From Methanobacteriota archaeon (GTDB lineage Archaea; Halobacteriota; Bog-38; Methanoflorentales; Methanoflorentaceae), in contig OY970393.1 in assembly GCA_963720465.1 (NCBI GenBank), forward strand, positions 1,344,001-1,408,000: a stretch of DNA of 64,000 nt. Direction: 5' to 3'. The first letter of the stretch is position 1; the number at the start of each line of letters is the position of its first letter. Positions 29,590 to 40,180 of the stretch are shown piece after piece. A program made the position numbers and the translations under genes. The notes under the pieces were generated by a model. It was given only the letters and a program-made list of their open reading frames with translations, did no database searches and was not told the origin of the DNA.

Positions 29590-30309
29590 TTACGGGGGCT
29601 CCAAAAATCCGAAGTGCTCTATTCCTTCGATGATGCCTGCCGCGTAGTTTTCGCGCGCCCAGTACACGTCCTCAGGCAGCGCGTCAACGTTGAGCTCCGA
29701 TTTATGGTTGCCGACGACGACCGCCAAAAACCCGGCAGAGAGCAGCTCGATGTCGTTCCCGCTATCGCCTGCCGCGAGGACGCTGCCTCGACGAATTCGA
29801 AGCCTCTTTCTAACGTAGTCGACCGCTTCTCCCTTTCCCGCTCTTTTCGGAATGACGTCTAGGTCGGTCCCGCTCGAGTAGACAACCTTGTGTGCGATGC
29901 CGATTTCATCGAGCCGCTTGTGGATCTCTGGTATAACAACATCGGCTTTGCGAAAAAGATGGTAGCTCTGCTTAAACTCAAACTGGCGCGACTGTTGGAA
30001 AAGATACGGGATCGTCGCAAGCGCCTGGTGTAACTCAAGGCGGTCCCACTGACGATTGATGTGACGCGTCCACACATCATCGCGCCGGTAATCGGGCCCC
30101 TCATAGATTTCGGTGCCGACGTTACACAGCACGTAATTCGGCTCGCGCAAGCACTCGGCGACCATGATCTCAAACATTTGGATTTTATCACGGCCCGTAA
30201 CGTAAGCGATAGTGACGTCACGATGCATCGAGAACAGGGCAACTAGGTTTAAGTAGGCCGCGCGGTCACCCGTCAATGTGTTGTCGACGTCCGTAGCGAG
30301 CAGCTTCAT
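29590..30309 (-). CDS. HAD-IIB hydrolase, sucrose-phosphate phosphatase-like
   Basis: LLATDVDNTL, YVTGR, NVGTEIY, YSSGTDLDVIP..AGKG and AGDSGND. Confidence 0.85.
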   Translation of the reverse strand: MKLLATDVDNTLTGDRAAYLNLVALFSMHRDVTIAYVTGRDKIQMFEIMVAECLREPNYVLCNVGTEIYEGPDYRRDDVWTRHINRQWDRLELHQALATIPYLFQQSRQFEFKQSYHLFRKADVVIPEIHKRLDEIGIAHKVVYSSGTDLDVIPKRAGKGEAVDYVRKRLRIRRGSVLAAGDSGNDIELLSAGFLAVVVGNHKSELNVDALPEDVYWARENYAAGIIEGIEHFGFLEPP

Positions 30310-30583
30310 GCTCTCTTCTCATTGCGCCCCGTCATATTTAGCATCTGTGACCAGGGGTATGCCGTCGCAGCCAGTAGTCATTCCTCGGGTCGTTCGTGCG
30401 CCACCCACACGAGGCGCCTGACAGCGGAACCGCCTCGCGGACGCAACGGAAACGGGATTATCGGGAGAGACTCAAACGCGAGTGGTATGTGAAGCACGGC
30501 GATGAGTATGACGGTGAACGCCTCGATCGATTAACGCTGTTAGGAGAAGAGCAGTATCCGGGTACATTCTAGTGCTGCTGCCG

Positions 30584-31402
30584 TTATGGTGCAAAATGGG
30601 TTTCGGAAGTGTACGATCCGAGCATCTTGAGTCGTGAGACGTGCTTTTGTAGCGCATCAAACGCACCCAGGACCTCGGAGTCGGACGCACTACCCTCAAG
30701 GTCGATGTAGAAGAGGTACTCACCGAGCGACCGCTTTGCAGGCCGCGACTCAATCTTCGTAAGGTTCAGCTGCCGTTCCGCAAACACGTGGAGCACCTCG
30801 TAGAGGGCTCCTGGTCTATTCCGTTTCAGCTCGAGCACTATTGACGTCTTTAAATCCTCTCGAGCCTGCGGCTGTCCGCCGCGCCGCGTCACGACGACGA
30901 ATCTGGTGAAGTTTTCTTTGACATCCTGAATGTCGGCCTCGATGATCTGCAGGTGATAGTATTCCACGGCGCGAGATGATGCAATCGCTGCCGCGCGTCG
31001 ATCCTCGCTCGCCATGTGCGCAGCTTGTGACGTACTGCTCACCGGAACCACTTCTCGCCCAAATGCGCGCAAAAATGCGTTGCACTGAGCGATTGCTTGC
31101 CAATGAGAGTACACCACCTGAATATCTGCGCCCTCGAGGGCCGCAAGAAAGTGGCGTATAGGTAGAACGATTTCGCGGGCGATCTGTAGGGGCAAGGTGA
31201 GCAACACGTCGAGCGCGGTTCCGACCGACCCCTCGATAGAGTTCTCCAAGGGGATGACGCCGCGGTCAAGCCGGCGCTCGATGAGGTCGCGGGCGACGTC
31301 TTCTATGGTAGTAAAGTAGCACAGCGCGTCTTCTGGAAAGCCCAAGGCCAGCGCGGCCATCTCACTGTACGTCCCTTCTGGTCCCAGTACGCCAACGAGC
31401 AT
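30584..31402 (-). CDS. pheA: Prephenate dehydratase
   Basis: [26 protein letters not shown] and LTKIESRP (ACT domain). Confidence 0.95.
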   Translation of the reverse strand: MLVGVLGPEGTYSEMAALALGFPEDALCYFTTIEDVARDLIERRLDRGVIPLENSIEGSVGTALDVLLTLPLQIAREIVLPIRHFLAALEGADIQVVYSHWQAIAQCNAFLRAFGREVVPVSSTSQAAHMASEDRRAAAIASSRAVEYYHLQIIEADIQDVKENFTRFVVVTRRGGQPQAREDLKTSIVLELKRNRPGALYEVLHVFAERQLNLTKIESRPAKRSLGEYLFYIDLEGSASDSEVLGAFDALQKHVSRLKMLGSYTSETHFAP

Positions 31403-31509
31403 ACGTTCTCTTTCTGGTCGCTTCAGTAATAAGGGTTCTTCGAAAAAGTTTATATCGGAAAACCGTGTTACAATGTTACACTTTAGCAATATGGAGGATT
31501 GAGATTGAC

Positions 31510-32307
31510 ATGGAAATAGGAAAAGTAGTACGACTAGAGCGTATCACCAATCGCGACAGCGGCAACATCGTTATTATCCCTATGGATCACGGGATCTCCA
31601 TAGGCCCAGTCAAAGGCCTCGTAAACCTTTCCGACATGGTAAACAAGGTGGCCGCCGGAGGAGCAAACGCAGTATTGATGCAGAAGGGAATGGTACCACA
31701 CGGTCACCGCGGGTACGGCCGTGATATCGGGTTGATCATCCACATGAGCGCTTCGACTGCGCTAGGCCCTGACCCAAACGACAAGGTGCTCGTATGTTCG
31801 GTCGAAGAGGCTCTCAAAGTAGGCGCAGACGCGGTCAGCGTGCACATAAACATCGGCTCTAAGACGGAAGCAAACCAGCTCCAAAAGCTCGGTAACGTTG
31901 CCGAACGCTGCAACGAATGGAGCATGCCCCTCCTCGCCATGATGTACCCCCGTGGTGCTAAGGTCTCGGACCAGTATGGCGAGGAGTTTGTCGCCCACGC
32001 CGCACGCGCGGGAGCAGAGCTTGGCGCCGACATGATCAAGACGAACTACACCGGCGACCCTGATTCGTTTGGACGCGTGATTGAGAGTTGTCCGGTACCG
32101 GTCATCATCGCCGGAGGCCCCAAAGTTGAGACGGACACTGAGCTCCTTCAGATGATCTCAGATGCAGTCGCGACAGGCGCGCGAGGCGTGGCCATTGGGC
32201 GCAACGTGTTCCAGCACGACAAGCCGACTCACATCGTTCGCGCGATAACGCGCATCGTGCACGAAAACGCTTCCGTCGAAGAGGCGCTGAAAGAAGTAGA
32301 GCGTTAA
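31510..32307 (+). CDS. aroA': 2-amino-3,7-dideoxy-D-threo-hept-6-ulosonate synthase
   Basis: DhnA-family motifs; first gene of the shikimate operon, next to DHQ synthase II. Confidence 0.9.
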   Translation: MEIGKVVRLERITNRDSGNIVIIPMDHGISIGPVKGLVNLSDMVNKVAAGGANAVLMQKGMVPHGHRGYGRDIGLIIHMSASTALGPDPNDKVLVCSVEEALKVGADAVSVHINIGSKTEANQLQKLGNVAERCNEWSMPLLAMMYPRGAKVSDQYGEEFVAHAARAGAELGADMIKTNYTGDPDSFGRVIESCPVPVIIAGGPKVETDTELLQMISDAVATGARGVAIGRNVFQHDKPTHIVRAITRIVHENASVEEALKEVER

Positions 32308-32345
32308 CGTTAAATGACTGAGGACGATGTGCATGGTGGGAAATT

Positions 32346-33467
32346 ATGAAGAGCGTGTGGATTAAGGCCGACGCGGGTCCGTGGGAGGAACGAAAGCCGA
32401 TCATCACCTTCGCGCTCGAATCGGGAGCCGACTGCGTGTTGGTCAGCGAAACTGATGTGGATGCCGTGAAGCAACTCGGCGGGATAAAGGTGGCGGCCTT
32501 TGACGAGGGGCGAGACGATCACGCTGACATTTGCGTCGTGGGAAAGGAGGGAGAAGGCGACGGAACGCTCCTTCTTCCAAGCACGACAACCGATGCGACC
32601 GACTATAAGCGGTTAAGCTCGCTCACCGCTGAGACGGCGGCCTACGTCGTGATCTCAGATAAAGCCCACGAGCGGTTCGCACAAGAGATCGCAACCGCGT
32701 CCGGCCACCTCATCGTCATCGGAACCGATTGGAAAGTCATCCCCCTAGAGAACCTCATCGCCGCGTTGCAGGGAACTGTTGATATCATCGCAGGCGTGAG
32801 ATCGTTTGAAGAGGCAAAAACCGCGCTTGAGACCTTGGAACATGGCGCCGATGGCGTGCTCCTCGATACCGATGATCTGTCACAAATCGCAAAAACGATC
32901 GAATTTGCACATAAATCGGAGCACGTCATCGAGCTTGTGCCCGCCACCATAACGACCGTGAAGCCCGTCGGCATGGGGGACCGCGTGTGCATCGACACGT
33001 GTTCACTCATGGTCAGCGGGGAGGGTATGCTTATCGGATCAGGCGCGAACGGCTTTTTCTTAGTCCACGCTGAGACCGAGGAGAGCCCTTACGTCGCTCC
33101 CAGGCCGTTTCGCGTAAACGCTGGGCCGGTACACGCATATATCTACGGAGAGGAAAAGACGCGCTACTTATCGGAGCTACAGGCAGGAGACGACGTGATG
33201 ATCGTGCGCAGTGACGGGGAGACGCGTCACGGCGTGATCGGCCGCGTAAAAATTGAGCGGCGCCCACTCATTCTGATTGAGGCTGAGGTAGACGGGACAA
33301 CGATCAAGACGCTGCTTCAAAACGCCGAGACCATCAAGCTGGTCGCGAAAGGGGGCATGCCCGTCGCCGTTACCGAATTGAAACCAGGAGATGTAGTCCT
33401 TACGCACTGCGAGCGAGCAGGACGGCATTTCGGCATAGGCGTCGAGGAGACGCTCATCGAGAGGTGA
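32346..33467 (+). CDS. aroB': 3-dehydroquinate synthase II
   Basis: DWKVIPLENLIA, GDRVCIDTCS, RPFRVNAG and LQNAETI. Confidence 0.95.
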   Translation: MKSVWIKADAGPWEERKPIITFALESGADCVLVSETDVDAVKQLGGIKVAAFDEGRDDHADICVVGKEGEGDGTLLLPSTTTDATDYKRLSSLTAETAAYVVISDKAHERFAQEIATASGHLIVIGTDWKVIPLENLIAALQGTVDIIAGVRSFEEAKTALETLEHGADGVLLDTDDLSQIAKTIEFAHKSEHVIELVPATITTVKPVGMGDRVCIDTCSLMVSGEGMLIGSGANGFFLVHAETEESPYVAPRPFRVNAGPVHAYIYGEEKTRYLSELQAGDDVMIVRSDGETRHGVIGRVKIERRPLILIEAEVDGTTIKTLLQNAETIKLVAKGGMPVAVTELKPGDVVLTHCERAGRHFGIGVEETLIER

Positions 33468-33471
33468 TGAC

Positions 33472-34200
33472 GTGATTCAGCTAGGCGATGTGATTATTGG
33501 AGGAGACGAAGGACCAAAGATCGTCGGGGTCATATATGAGCCAGGCCAGGCGCGACAGGCCGTTGAAGAGGGAGCGGATATCATCGAGTTTCGCGTCGAT
33601 CTCGCTGATGACACGAACGGCGTGCTGCGCGATCTCGAAGAAGTCTCGCTGCCCGTCATTCTCACGAATCGTCGAGTCGAAGAGGGCGGTAACGCCGCGA
33701 TGAACCGACGCGAGCAGCTCAATCCCCTCATGTCGTACGCGTCGATCGTCGACATTGAGCTTATGGCGCCGGATAGGGACGACCTAATGGCTGAAGCAGC
33801 GACGCACGGGCGTCCGACGTTGATCTCGTATCACGACCTCGACGGAACGCCTGCTGAAGCGGCAATGCTTGAAGTCATGCGAACGGCAAATGGCTACGGC
33901 GACGTCGTCAAGCTGGCAGTCACCATTGAGCACCTGCGAGACGCGCCGAGGGTGCTCGACGTGAGCCTAGGCGCGCGAGAAGAGGGCTTCACTTTCTGCG
34001 TGGTGCCCTTGGGCGCCCTCGGATCGCATATCAGGCCACTTATGGGAATTTACGGTTCATCGCTGCTTTATGGGTACGTCGGGCAGCACATCTCCCCCAA
34101 GATGCGGCCGTACGGGTTCACCGGAAAGCGCGCGTCACCGGGAATGCTCAGCGTTTCACGGCTAAAGCGCGCAATTGAAGAGATCCGTACATGGCAGTAA
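33472..34200 (+). CDS. aroD: Type I 3-dehydroquinate dehydratase
   Basis: ADIIEFRVD, ILTNR..EGG, ISYHD, VKLA and SPG; operon context. Confidence 0.88.
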   Translation: MIQLGDVIIGGDEGPKIVGVIYEPGQARQAVEEGADIIEFRVDLADDTNGVLRDLEEVSLPVILTNRRVEEGGNAAMNRREQLNPLMSYASIVDIELMAPDRDDLMAEAATHGRPTLISYHDLDGTPAEAAMLEVMRTANGYGDVVKLAVTIEHLRDAPRVLDVSLGAREEGFTFCVVPLGALGSHIRPLMGIYGSSLLYGYVGQHISPKMRPYGFTGKRASPGMLSVSRLKRAIEEIRTWQ

Positions 34201-35063
34201 CGACCGTTTATGGCGTGCTTGGCAGCCCGATAGCTCATTCGCTTTCGCCCGTGATGCATAACGCCGCGTTCGCCGCGATGGACCTCGATGCAGCGTACAT
34301 CGCCTTCAACGTGGATAAACAGCGCGCTGAAACGGCAATACGCGGGGCGCGGGCGCTTGGGTTTGGTGGACTCAACATCACCTTTCCCCTCAAAGAAGCC
34401 GCTTTGCGTTACTGCACGCCTGACGCATTGTCAAAACGAATCGGCGCGGTGAACACGGTCGACCGCACGGGAATAGGCTACAACACCGACGGCGTTGGAG
34501 CGGTCAGGGCGCTCGAGGAGGCCGGCGTTTCGGTCAAAGACGCGAGCATCCTGCTCCTGGGCGCAGGGGGCGCTGCAAAAGCAATCGCGGCACAACTGCT
34601 GCTCAACGGAGCACGCGTACTCGTTGCCAATCGGACGGCGAGCAGGTCGCTCATCTTAGCCCAACAAATGACCGCTGCGAACATAGACTGTGGCTGCGGC
34701 GCCATAGAGGCACACAGTCTAAATGAGGTCGATCTCCTGCTACGCGAAGCACGCGTGCTTATCAACGCCACCACTGTGGGAATGCGCGGCGTGCTCGAAG
34801 GACAGACGCTCGTGACCGCAGGCCAAATGCATCCAGGGCTCGTGGTCTTCGACCTCGTCTATCACCCTCTCGAGACCCCCTTGTTACGCGAGGCCCGCGC
34901 CGCAGGATTACAAACAATTGAGGGCGTGAAGATGTTGGTACATCAAGGGGCGGCCTCCTTCGCCCTGTGGACCACTTTAGACCCGCCTGTGCAGATTATG
35001 GAAGAGGCAGTGCGCGAAGCACTCCAAAGCGCGAACGAGACGGACGACGAGGGAAGGCAGTAA
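34191..35063 (+). CDS. aroE: Shikimate dehydrogenase
   Basis: HSLSPVMHN, GAVNT, NTDGVG, GAGGAA and MLVHQG. Confidence 0.95.
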   Translation: MAVTTVYGVLGSPIAHSLSPVMHNAAFAAMDLDAAYIAFNVDKQRAETAIRGARALGFGGLNITFPLKEAALRYCTPDALSKRIGAVNTVDRTGIGYNTDGVGAVRALEEAGVSVKDASILLLGAGGAAKAIAAQLLLNGARVLVANRTASRSLILAQQMTAANIDCGCGAIEAHSLNEVDLLLREARVLINATTVGMRGVLEGQTLVTAGQMHPGLVVFDLVYHPLETPLLREARAAGLQTIEGVKMLVHQGAASFALWTTLDPPVQIMEEAVREALQSANETDDEGRQ

Positions 35064-36304
35064 TGTCACTCAAAGTGGCAATCGTGGGCGGCCACGGAGA
35101 GATGGGGCGCTGGTTCGAACGATTTTTTGCGCAACGGGGGATGGATGTCACGCTTGTTGGACGATCTTCGCGCGTCCGCTACGCGGACTGCGACGTGGTT
35201 ATGATCGCTGTGCCCATCGACGTGACCTGCAACGTGATTGCGCAAGTGGCACCCCACTTGAAACCAGACGCGGTACTCTTCGACATAACGTCCATCAAAA
35301 GAGACCCCATCAAACAGATGCTGGCCAGCGCCCCACACGGCGTCGAGCTCGTGAGCGTCCATCCCCTTTTTGGTCCCGGCATGCCCGACATGGAGGGGCA
35401 GACCGTCATTGTCACACCAGTGCGCGGAGAGCGCGGACGTCAGTTTCTCGTGGATCTCTTTGAGAGCGCGGGCGCTCGCGTCGAGGAGCTCTCAGCTGAC
35501 GAGCACGACCGCCTCATGTCGGTCGTTCAAGGACTCACCCACTTCAGCTACATCGCCACGGGCGCTACACTGGAAGCCCTGCGTTTTGATGTCAAACGCT
35601 CGCGCCGCTTCATGAGCCCCGTTTATGAGATTCTCATAGATTTCGTAGGACGAATCCTAGGGCAGAACCCCGCACTCTACGCCTCAATCCAGATGAGCGC
35701 CGATCGATCTGTCCACGAGGCTTTTCTCACGCAATGCGCGACGCTCGTTGACATTATCAACGCCAGAGATCGCGACGCATTCATCGCGATCATGAGGCGC
35801 GCGGCAAAACACTTCGGGGACGCCGAACCGGCCCTAAAACGCTCCAATAAGCTTATTATGGCCAACATCAAAGAGTTGGAAGAGTTTAAGCGGTCCATCG
35901 GAAGCACGCGCGGGCTCCGAAATGTCTACACCGGAGCCGTGCACGTCGGCATTATAAAAGGAGCTTCGTCGGACGAAATCGCAGTAGAAGAGGGATCTAA
36001 GGAGGTTATCTTAAAGACGGAAAACGTGCAACTGATGAAGGAGGAAGAACTCAAGCAGTACCGCCTGGCGCGCGGCCAGCGGTACCGAGATTTTTCCGCA
36101 GTATTTCCTGCCGGGGCGCAGCCCGATGTTGTGGCCCGCGTGCTTTCCACTGTCCGAGGGGTTACCGCGGTGAACGTCATCGACCACTACGCGCCGCGCG
36201 CAAGTTACACCTTCCGAGTCTCCACTTATAGAGACGGCGACGTCGGACAGCTGCACCGCGACGTGACGGAGTTGCTCATCGGAATTGGATGCAGACTCCG
36301 GTAA
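35063..36304 (+). CDS. tyrA: Prephenate dehydrogenase with C-terminal extension
   Basis: GGHGEMG, DITSIK, HPLFGP and EHDRLMSVVQGLTHF; ATG overlaps the aroE stop. Confidence 0.92.
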   Translation: MSLKVAIVGGHGEMGRWFERFFAQRGMDVTLVGRSSRVRYADCDVVMIAVPIDVTCNVIAQVAPHLKPDAVLFDITSIKRDPIKQMLASAPHGVELVSVHPLFGPGMPDMEGQTVIVTPVRGERGRQFLVDLFESAGARVEELSADEHDRLMSVVQGLTHFSYIATGATLEALRFDVKRSRRFMSPVYEILIDFVGRILGQNPALYASIQMSADRSVHEAFLTQCATLVDIINARDRDAFIAIMRRAAKHFGDAEPALKRSNKLIMANIKELEEFKRSIGSTRGLRNVYTGAVHVGIIKGASSDEIAVEEGSKEVILKTENVQLMKEEELKQYRLARGQRYRDFSAVFPAGAQPDVVARVLSTVRGVTAVNVIDHYAPRASYTFRVSTYRDGDVGQLHRDVTELLIGIGCRLR

Positions 36305-36368
36305 GGGGCCTGTCCACGAGTGACGCGGCTGCTCCTCGTCTATGCGATAGCGTCGAAGGAGAGATTAG

Positions 36369-37280
36369 ATGGGCAAACTGGATACGGTGTTTGTAACAGG
36401 CGCTACGGGCTTCCTCGGCTCGCACTTGGTCGAATGTCTAGGGCATCGCGGGGCCGCGATTAGCATTCTCACGCGGCGGCGGCCTGACCGGCTTGCTCAA
36501 GAAATCCCCCGCCTGAATGTCGTGCGTGGCGACCTCAGCCACGCATTCTCGATCGGCGACGCTTCAACCGTGTTTCACTTGGCTGCCCAACCCCACGTCG
36601 GGCACGCTCTCGATGATCCAGCCCAAACGTTCGAGACGAACACCGCTGGCACCATAACCGTTCTTGAAACCGTGCGACGCTCACCATCTGTCGAGAGCTT
36701 CGTATTCGTGAGCACTGCCCACGTGTATGGCACTCCCAGGTACGTTCCAATCGACGAAGAGCACCCCGTGCGCGCTCAAGAGCCCTATGCGGCAAGCAAG
36801 CTTGCTGCAGAGGCGTTCATATCTGCATACAGCACTGCATACGGCATACCGACAGTGATCGCGCGTCTGTTTAACACGTACGGCCCTCATCAACATCCTG
36901 ACTTTGTCGTACCATCGATTATCAGGCAGGCGCTTACCCACGACTCGCTGAGGCTGGGTAACCTAACGCCGACGCGGGACTTTACGTACGTAGATGATGT
37001 TGTCGAGGCTCTGCTGCGACTCGCTGAGGCTGGCGAAGGGATCTACAATGTCGCATCAGGCGTCGAGGTAAGCATTGAAGCACTGGTTACACACGTGGCG
37101 CAGATCCTTGACAAACCCATAACCGTAGCATCTCAGCGCGCACAGCGCCGATCAGCGGCTATCGAAATAGACAGGATGTGGGCAGATATCTCGCGCATCA
37201 AAGCGCTTGGATGGCAACCCCACGTTGGCCTGCGTGATGGGTTGACTAGAACGATAGAGTGGTGGCGCGACAGCCTTTAG
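36369..37280 (+). CDS. NAD-dependent nucleotide-sugar epimerase/dehydratase
   Basis: GATGFLG, YAASK, RLFNTYGP and RDFTYVDD. Confidence 0.9.
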   Translation: MGKLDTVFVTGATGFLGSHLVECLGHRGAAISILTRRRPDRLAQEIPRLNVVRGDLSHAFSIGDASTVFHLAAQPHVGHALDDPAQTFETNTAGTITVLETVRRSPSVESFVFVSTAHVYGTPRYVPIDEEHPVRAQEPYAASKLAAEAFISAYSTAYGIPTVIARLFNTYGPHQHPDFVVPSIIRQALTHDSLRLGNLTPTRDFTYVDDVVEALLRLAEAGEGIYNVASGVEVSIEALVTHVAQILDKPITVASQRAQRRSAAIEIDRMWADISRIKALGWQPHVGLRDGLTRTIEWWRDSL

Positions 37281-37380
37281 TCCGGGGTCAACTATGACAT
37301 TTCGCACTAGCGTGCTTTGTGGGGCCAAGAAGGGGGGCGCTTTTAGCACACACTTTTGATTGTTTCAGTTGTTTAGCGTC

Positions 37381-38082
37381 CTACGCGTGCGTTATGCACG
37401 CTCCGTCAATAGACCCGTGGACGAGCGTGGGCAACGTACCCCAAGTAGCGAGTGTGTCTTGCACGATTAACAGGGCGCCAAGAATTCCGTTAATACCCTT
37501 TATCGCGCCAAATGCCGCTTTGGGATCAGCGCTCAAATTGCCGAGCGCCGATGCAGCAGCGTCTGCTAAACAGGCCTTTTCGGCAACGACGCACGCGACA
37601 TCTGCCGTGCCGAAGCTTATGGACGGACCGACCGTCGCCGAGGACGTGCAAACGCCGAGGAATGGTGTGGGCCTAATCCTGAACGCAACGTCTTTGAAGG
37701 CCGACTCGCCCGCATATATCCCAACGGTCACCTCGCGGTCAGTTGAGAGCGCGATGTCACCCCCATTGTCGACAATGGCATAAGATGCGCCCCCGGCAAC
37801 CATTGCCTCAACCGCGAGATCCGCGATAACGCCCGCAACAGCAGCCATCGGACCTACATTCGCCGCATAAGAGGCCTCCAACATTCGGCGCACGATCTCC
37901 GGAGGGGCTCCGACATACTCATCGAGAGGTTCAAGCGCGAACCGGAAAAAAGGATTGAGCGCGATGAAACGCTCAAGTTCGCGTCGGTGGGTGCGTATCG
38001 CCTCTTTTGCGTTTTCGATGTATAAACGTGCGTCCGCGACGATTGTGACGACCGTTTGCTTGAGCTGGAACTTCTCCTTCAT
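37381..38082 (-). CDS. UPF0280 / ApbE-like protein (MA1715-like, sulfide assimilation)
   Basis: VGPMAAVAG, DNGGDIAL and CTSSATVGPSISFG. Confidence 0.88.
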   Translation of the reverse strand: MKEKFQLKQTVVTIVADARLYIENAKEAIRTHRRELERFIALNPFFRFALEPLDEYVGAPPEIVRRMLEASYAANVGPMAAVAGVIADLAVEAMVAGGASYAIVDNGGDIALSTDREVTVGIYAGESAFKDVAFRIRPTPFLGVCTSSATVGPSISFGTADVACVVAEKACLADAAASALGNLSADPKAAFGAIKGINGILGALLIVQDTLATWGTLPTLVHGSIDGACITHA

Positions 38083-38468
38083 TCCTCGGCAGTTTTGAGA
38101 GCGCCGTGCGGACACATCGTGATACAGGTCTTGCAGAGCACGCAGCGCTTGAGATTGATCGAAATCGTCCTGTCATTCTTGTATTCAAATACCTCAACAG
38201 GACAGACTGATACGCACGCGCCACACTGCACGCACTCCGCTTCATCGAATATGATTGGCGTGTCCATTTCGCGCACCTCAGTCCCGCGTCGCCGGAAGGC
38301 TGCGGCAACCTCTTCGACGCCTTCGTCGGGCACGTCGATCACGATTTCCCCGCTATAAGCGTCAACAAATGCCCGATCGATGTTGATGCGGACACCCGTT
38401 TCGAGCACCACGTCTGCGAGCAGTGGATCCTGCATAATCTTTTGTGAAAACTTCAACACGATCTTCAC
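38079..38468 (-). CDS. NIL domain plus 2x[4Fe-4S] ferredoxin (MA1822-like)
   Basis: CVQCGACVSVCP and CVLCKTCITMCP. Confidence 0.9.
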   Translation of the reverse strand: MKIVLKFSQKIMQDPLLADVVLETGVRINIDRAFVDAYSGEIVIDVPDEGVEEVAAAFRRRGTEVREMDTPIIFDEAECVQCGACVSVCPVEVFEYKNDRTISINLKRCVLCKTCITMCPHGALKTAEE

Positions 38469-38489
38469 GGATGCCTCCCTGTCCTCCGC

Positions 38490-39983
38490 TTACCTACACG
38501 CGAGGAGCTTGCTCAGATCCTCACTGGTGATGATGCCGATGACGGTATTCGTCTGATCGATAACAGGAAGTGCCGAGATGTTGTGCCGCTCGAGACGCCG
38601 TGCGGCGAGGTCGATCGGCTCATCAGGCGTCGCCGTCACGACGCGCCTCGTCATTATACCTTTCAGGCTATCCCCTTTGTTTAGCGCAACCGCTTTAGAA
38701 ATATCGTACGCCGTGACTATGCCGATGAGCTTGTTGCTGGCTGAGATAACCGGCAAGTGATTGACCTGCTTTCCGATAATGATCTTGGCAGCCTCTTGTA
38801 CGCTGATCGCTTCACGCACGGTGATGCTTGGCAGCATGACTTCACGCACGAGTGGCACCGCAGAAAGTTGCTTCATGGGCTTCTGTGTGGCCTGCTGCGG
38901 GAGCCGCGCTGTCGGCAGGGCGAGCTCAAACGCCCCTTTTTGTATACGCGCCGCGAGTTCGGTGGCGATTTCTTTTGCTTTGAAGAAGCTCGACATGGAT
39001 GATGTGCGCACTTCCTTGCCATTGAGATCGATCATCCCGGATTTTAGCTCCTCATAGTTGATCGTCCTTAGTTGTGGTCGCGACCGACGACCGACGCCGT
39101 AGTCGAGGACCGTCGTCTTGATGTCGGCATCACTGATGGCAGTTTTTCGCGCAATCCCCTCGTTCAGGACGGGAATAGGGACGCCGATGCCTACGTACAG
39201 CGACGTGCCGTACTTGTGGAGAATTGCCGCCCTTAGGTAATCGGTGCTCATAGCCTTGAGGTCACCGCACACCATAAGCGTGCCAAAGCTGTTCGCCGGG
39301 TCGTGCTGCGTCCCGTTGCCGACGACGTACCCCTGTGCACCACACAGAAAGATCCTCGTCCCGACGCCGATGGTTTCATAGTCCGGATCGTTATAGATGG
39401 GCGAGAGCGTGCCCGAACCAGAGTAAGTCGCGTTCCCGAACCGGGGAAGCAGCGTCCCCATATACGTGTAAAGCACTCTGTCAGTCGAGTTGGTCGCCAC
39501 ATTGTACCGCTGGTAAGCGTTACGCGGATTTAACATGGTGGCTTCGTTAAGGTCCGCGACGGAAATAGACGCTTCTACGCTGCGGCGCGGATAGCAGTCG
39601 GTAGCATAGCCAACGGCCTTCAAATAGACTTCTTTTTGGGCCACAAGATCTTCGATGACGTGCGCTCCGCCGTACTCGAGGCCGCGCGTCTCCGAAAGCT
39701 GGGTCGCACCAATGAACGCATCCACCGCGGCGACGCCGGTGTACGCCTCGACATCGTTGAGCCACACTTGACTCATCTTGATAGGCGGATCTGAGTGACC
39801 GAAATTCATCCATGCGCCGGACGAGCACATCGCGCCAAACGTTCCCGTGGTCACGACGTCGACCTCTCTTGCCGCGTTCTCGGGCCCCAGCTCGCCCACG
39901 AGCGCAGTCATTTCGTCAGCTGTCACGACGTGAACGCTTCCATCACGTATGCGCTCGTTGATCTCCTCTAAGCTTTTTGGCAC
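38490..39983 (-). CDS. Homocysteine biosynthesis enzyme (aspartate-semialdehyde sulfurtransferase, DUF39+CBS, MA1821-like)
   Basis: VDVVTTGTFGAMCSSG, NPRNAYQ and YTYMG; tandem CBS domains. Confidence 0.92.
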   Translation of the reverse strand: MPKSLEEINERIRDGSVHVVTADEMTALVGELGPENAAREVDVVTTGTFGAMCSSGAWMNFGHSDPPIKMSQVWLNDVEAYTGVAAVDAFIGATQLSETRGLEYGGAHVIEDLVAQKEVYLKAVGYATDCYPRRSVEASISVADLNEATMLNPRNAYQRYNVATNSTDRVLYTYMGTLLPRFGNATYSGSGTLSPIYNDPDYETIGVGTRIFLCGAQGYVVGNGTQHDPANSFGTLMVCGDLKAMSTDYLRAAILHKYGTSLYVGIGVPIPVLNEGIARKTAISDADIKTTVLDYGVGRRSRPQLRTINYEELKSGMIDLNGKEVRTSSMSSFFKAKEIATELAARIQKGAFELALPTARLPQQATQKPMKQLSAVPLVREVMLPSITVREAISVQEAAKIIIGKQVNHLPVISASNKLIGIVTAYDISKAVALNKGDSLKGIMTRRVVTATPDEPIDLAARRLERHNISALPVIDQTNTVIGIITSEDLSKLLACR

Positions 39984-40180
39984 CGCTCCTCCAAAATAGT
40001 CACTCCGAATGAACAGTGATCGTATAGCGATAGCTATTATTTATTCTTGTTGCACTCTGAAATACGGCTTTTTTCGGTGCGCTGTTGCTGATTGAGACTC
40101 GGCGAGCGATTAGATCTATGCGCGTTCACGCTTTGGAATAGAACAATCTTTATGCCCCTGGCGCGGTGTAGGAAAAGAGA

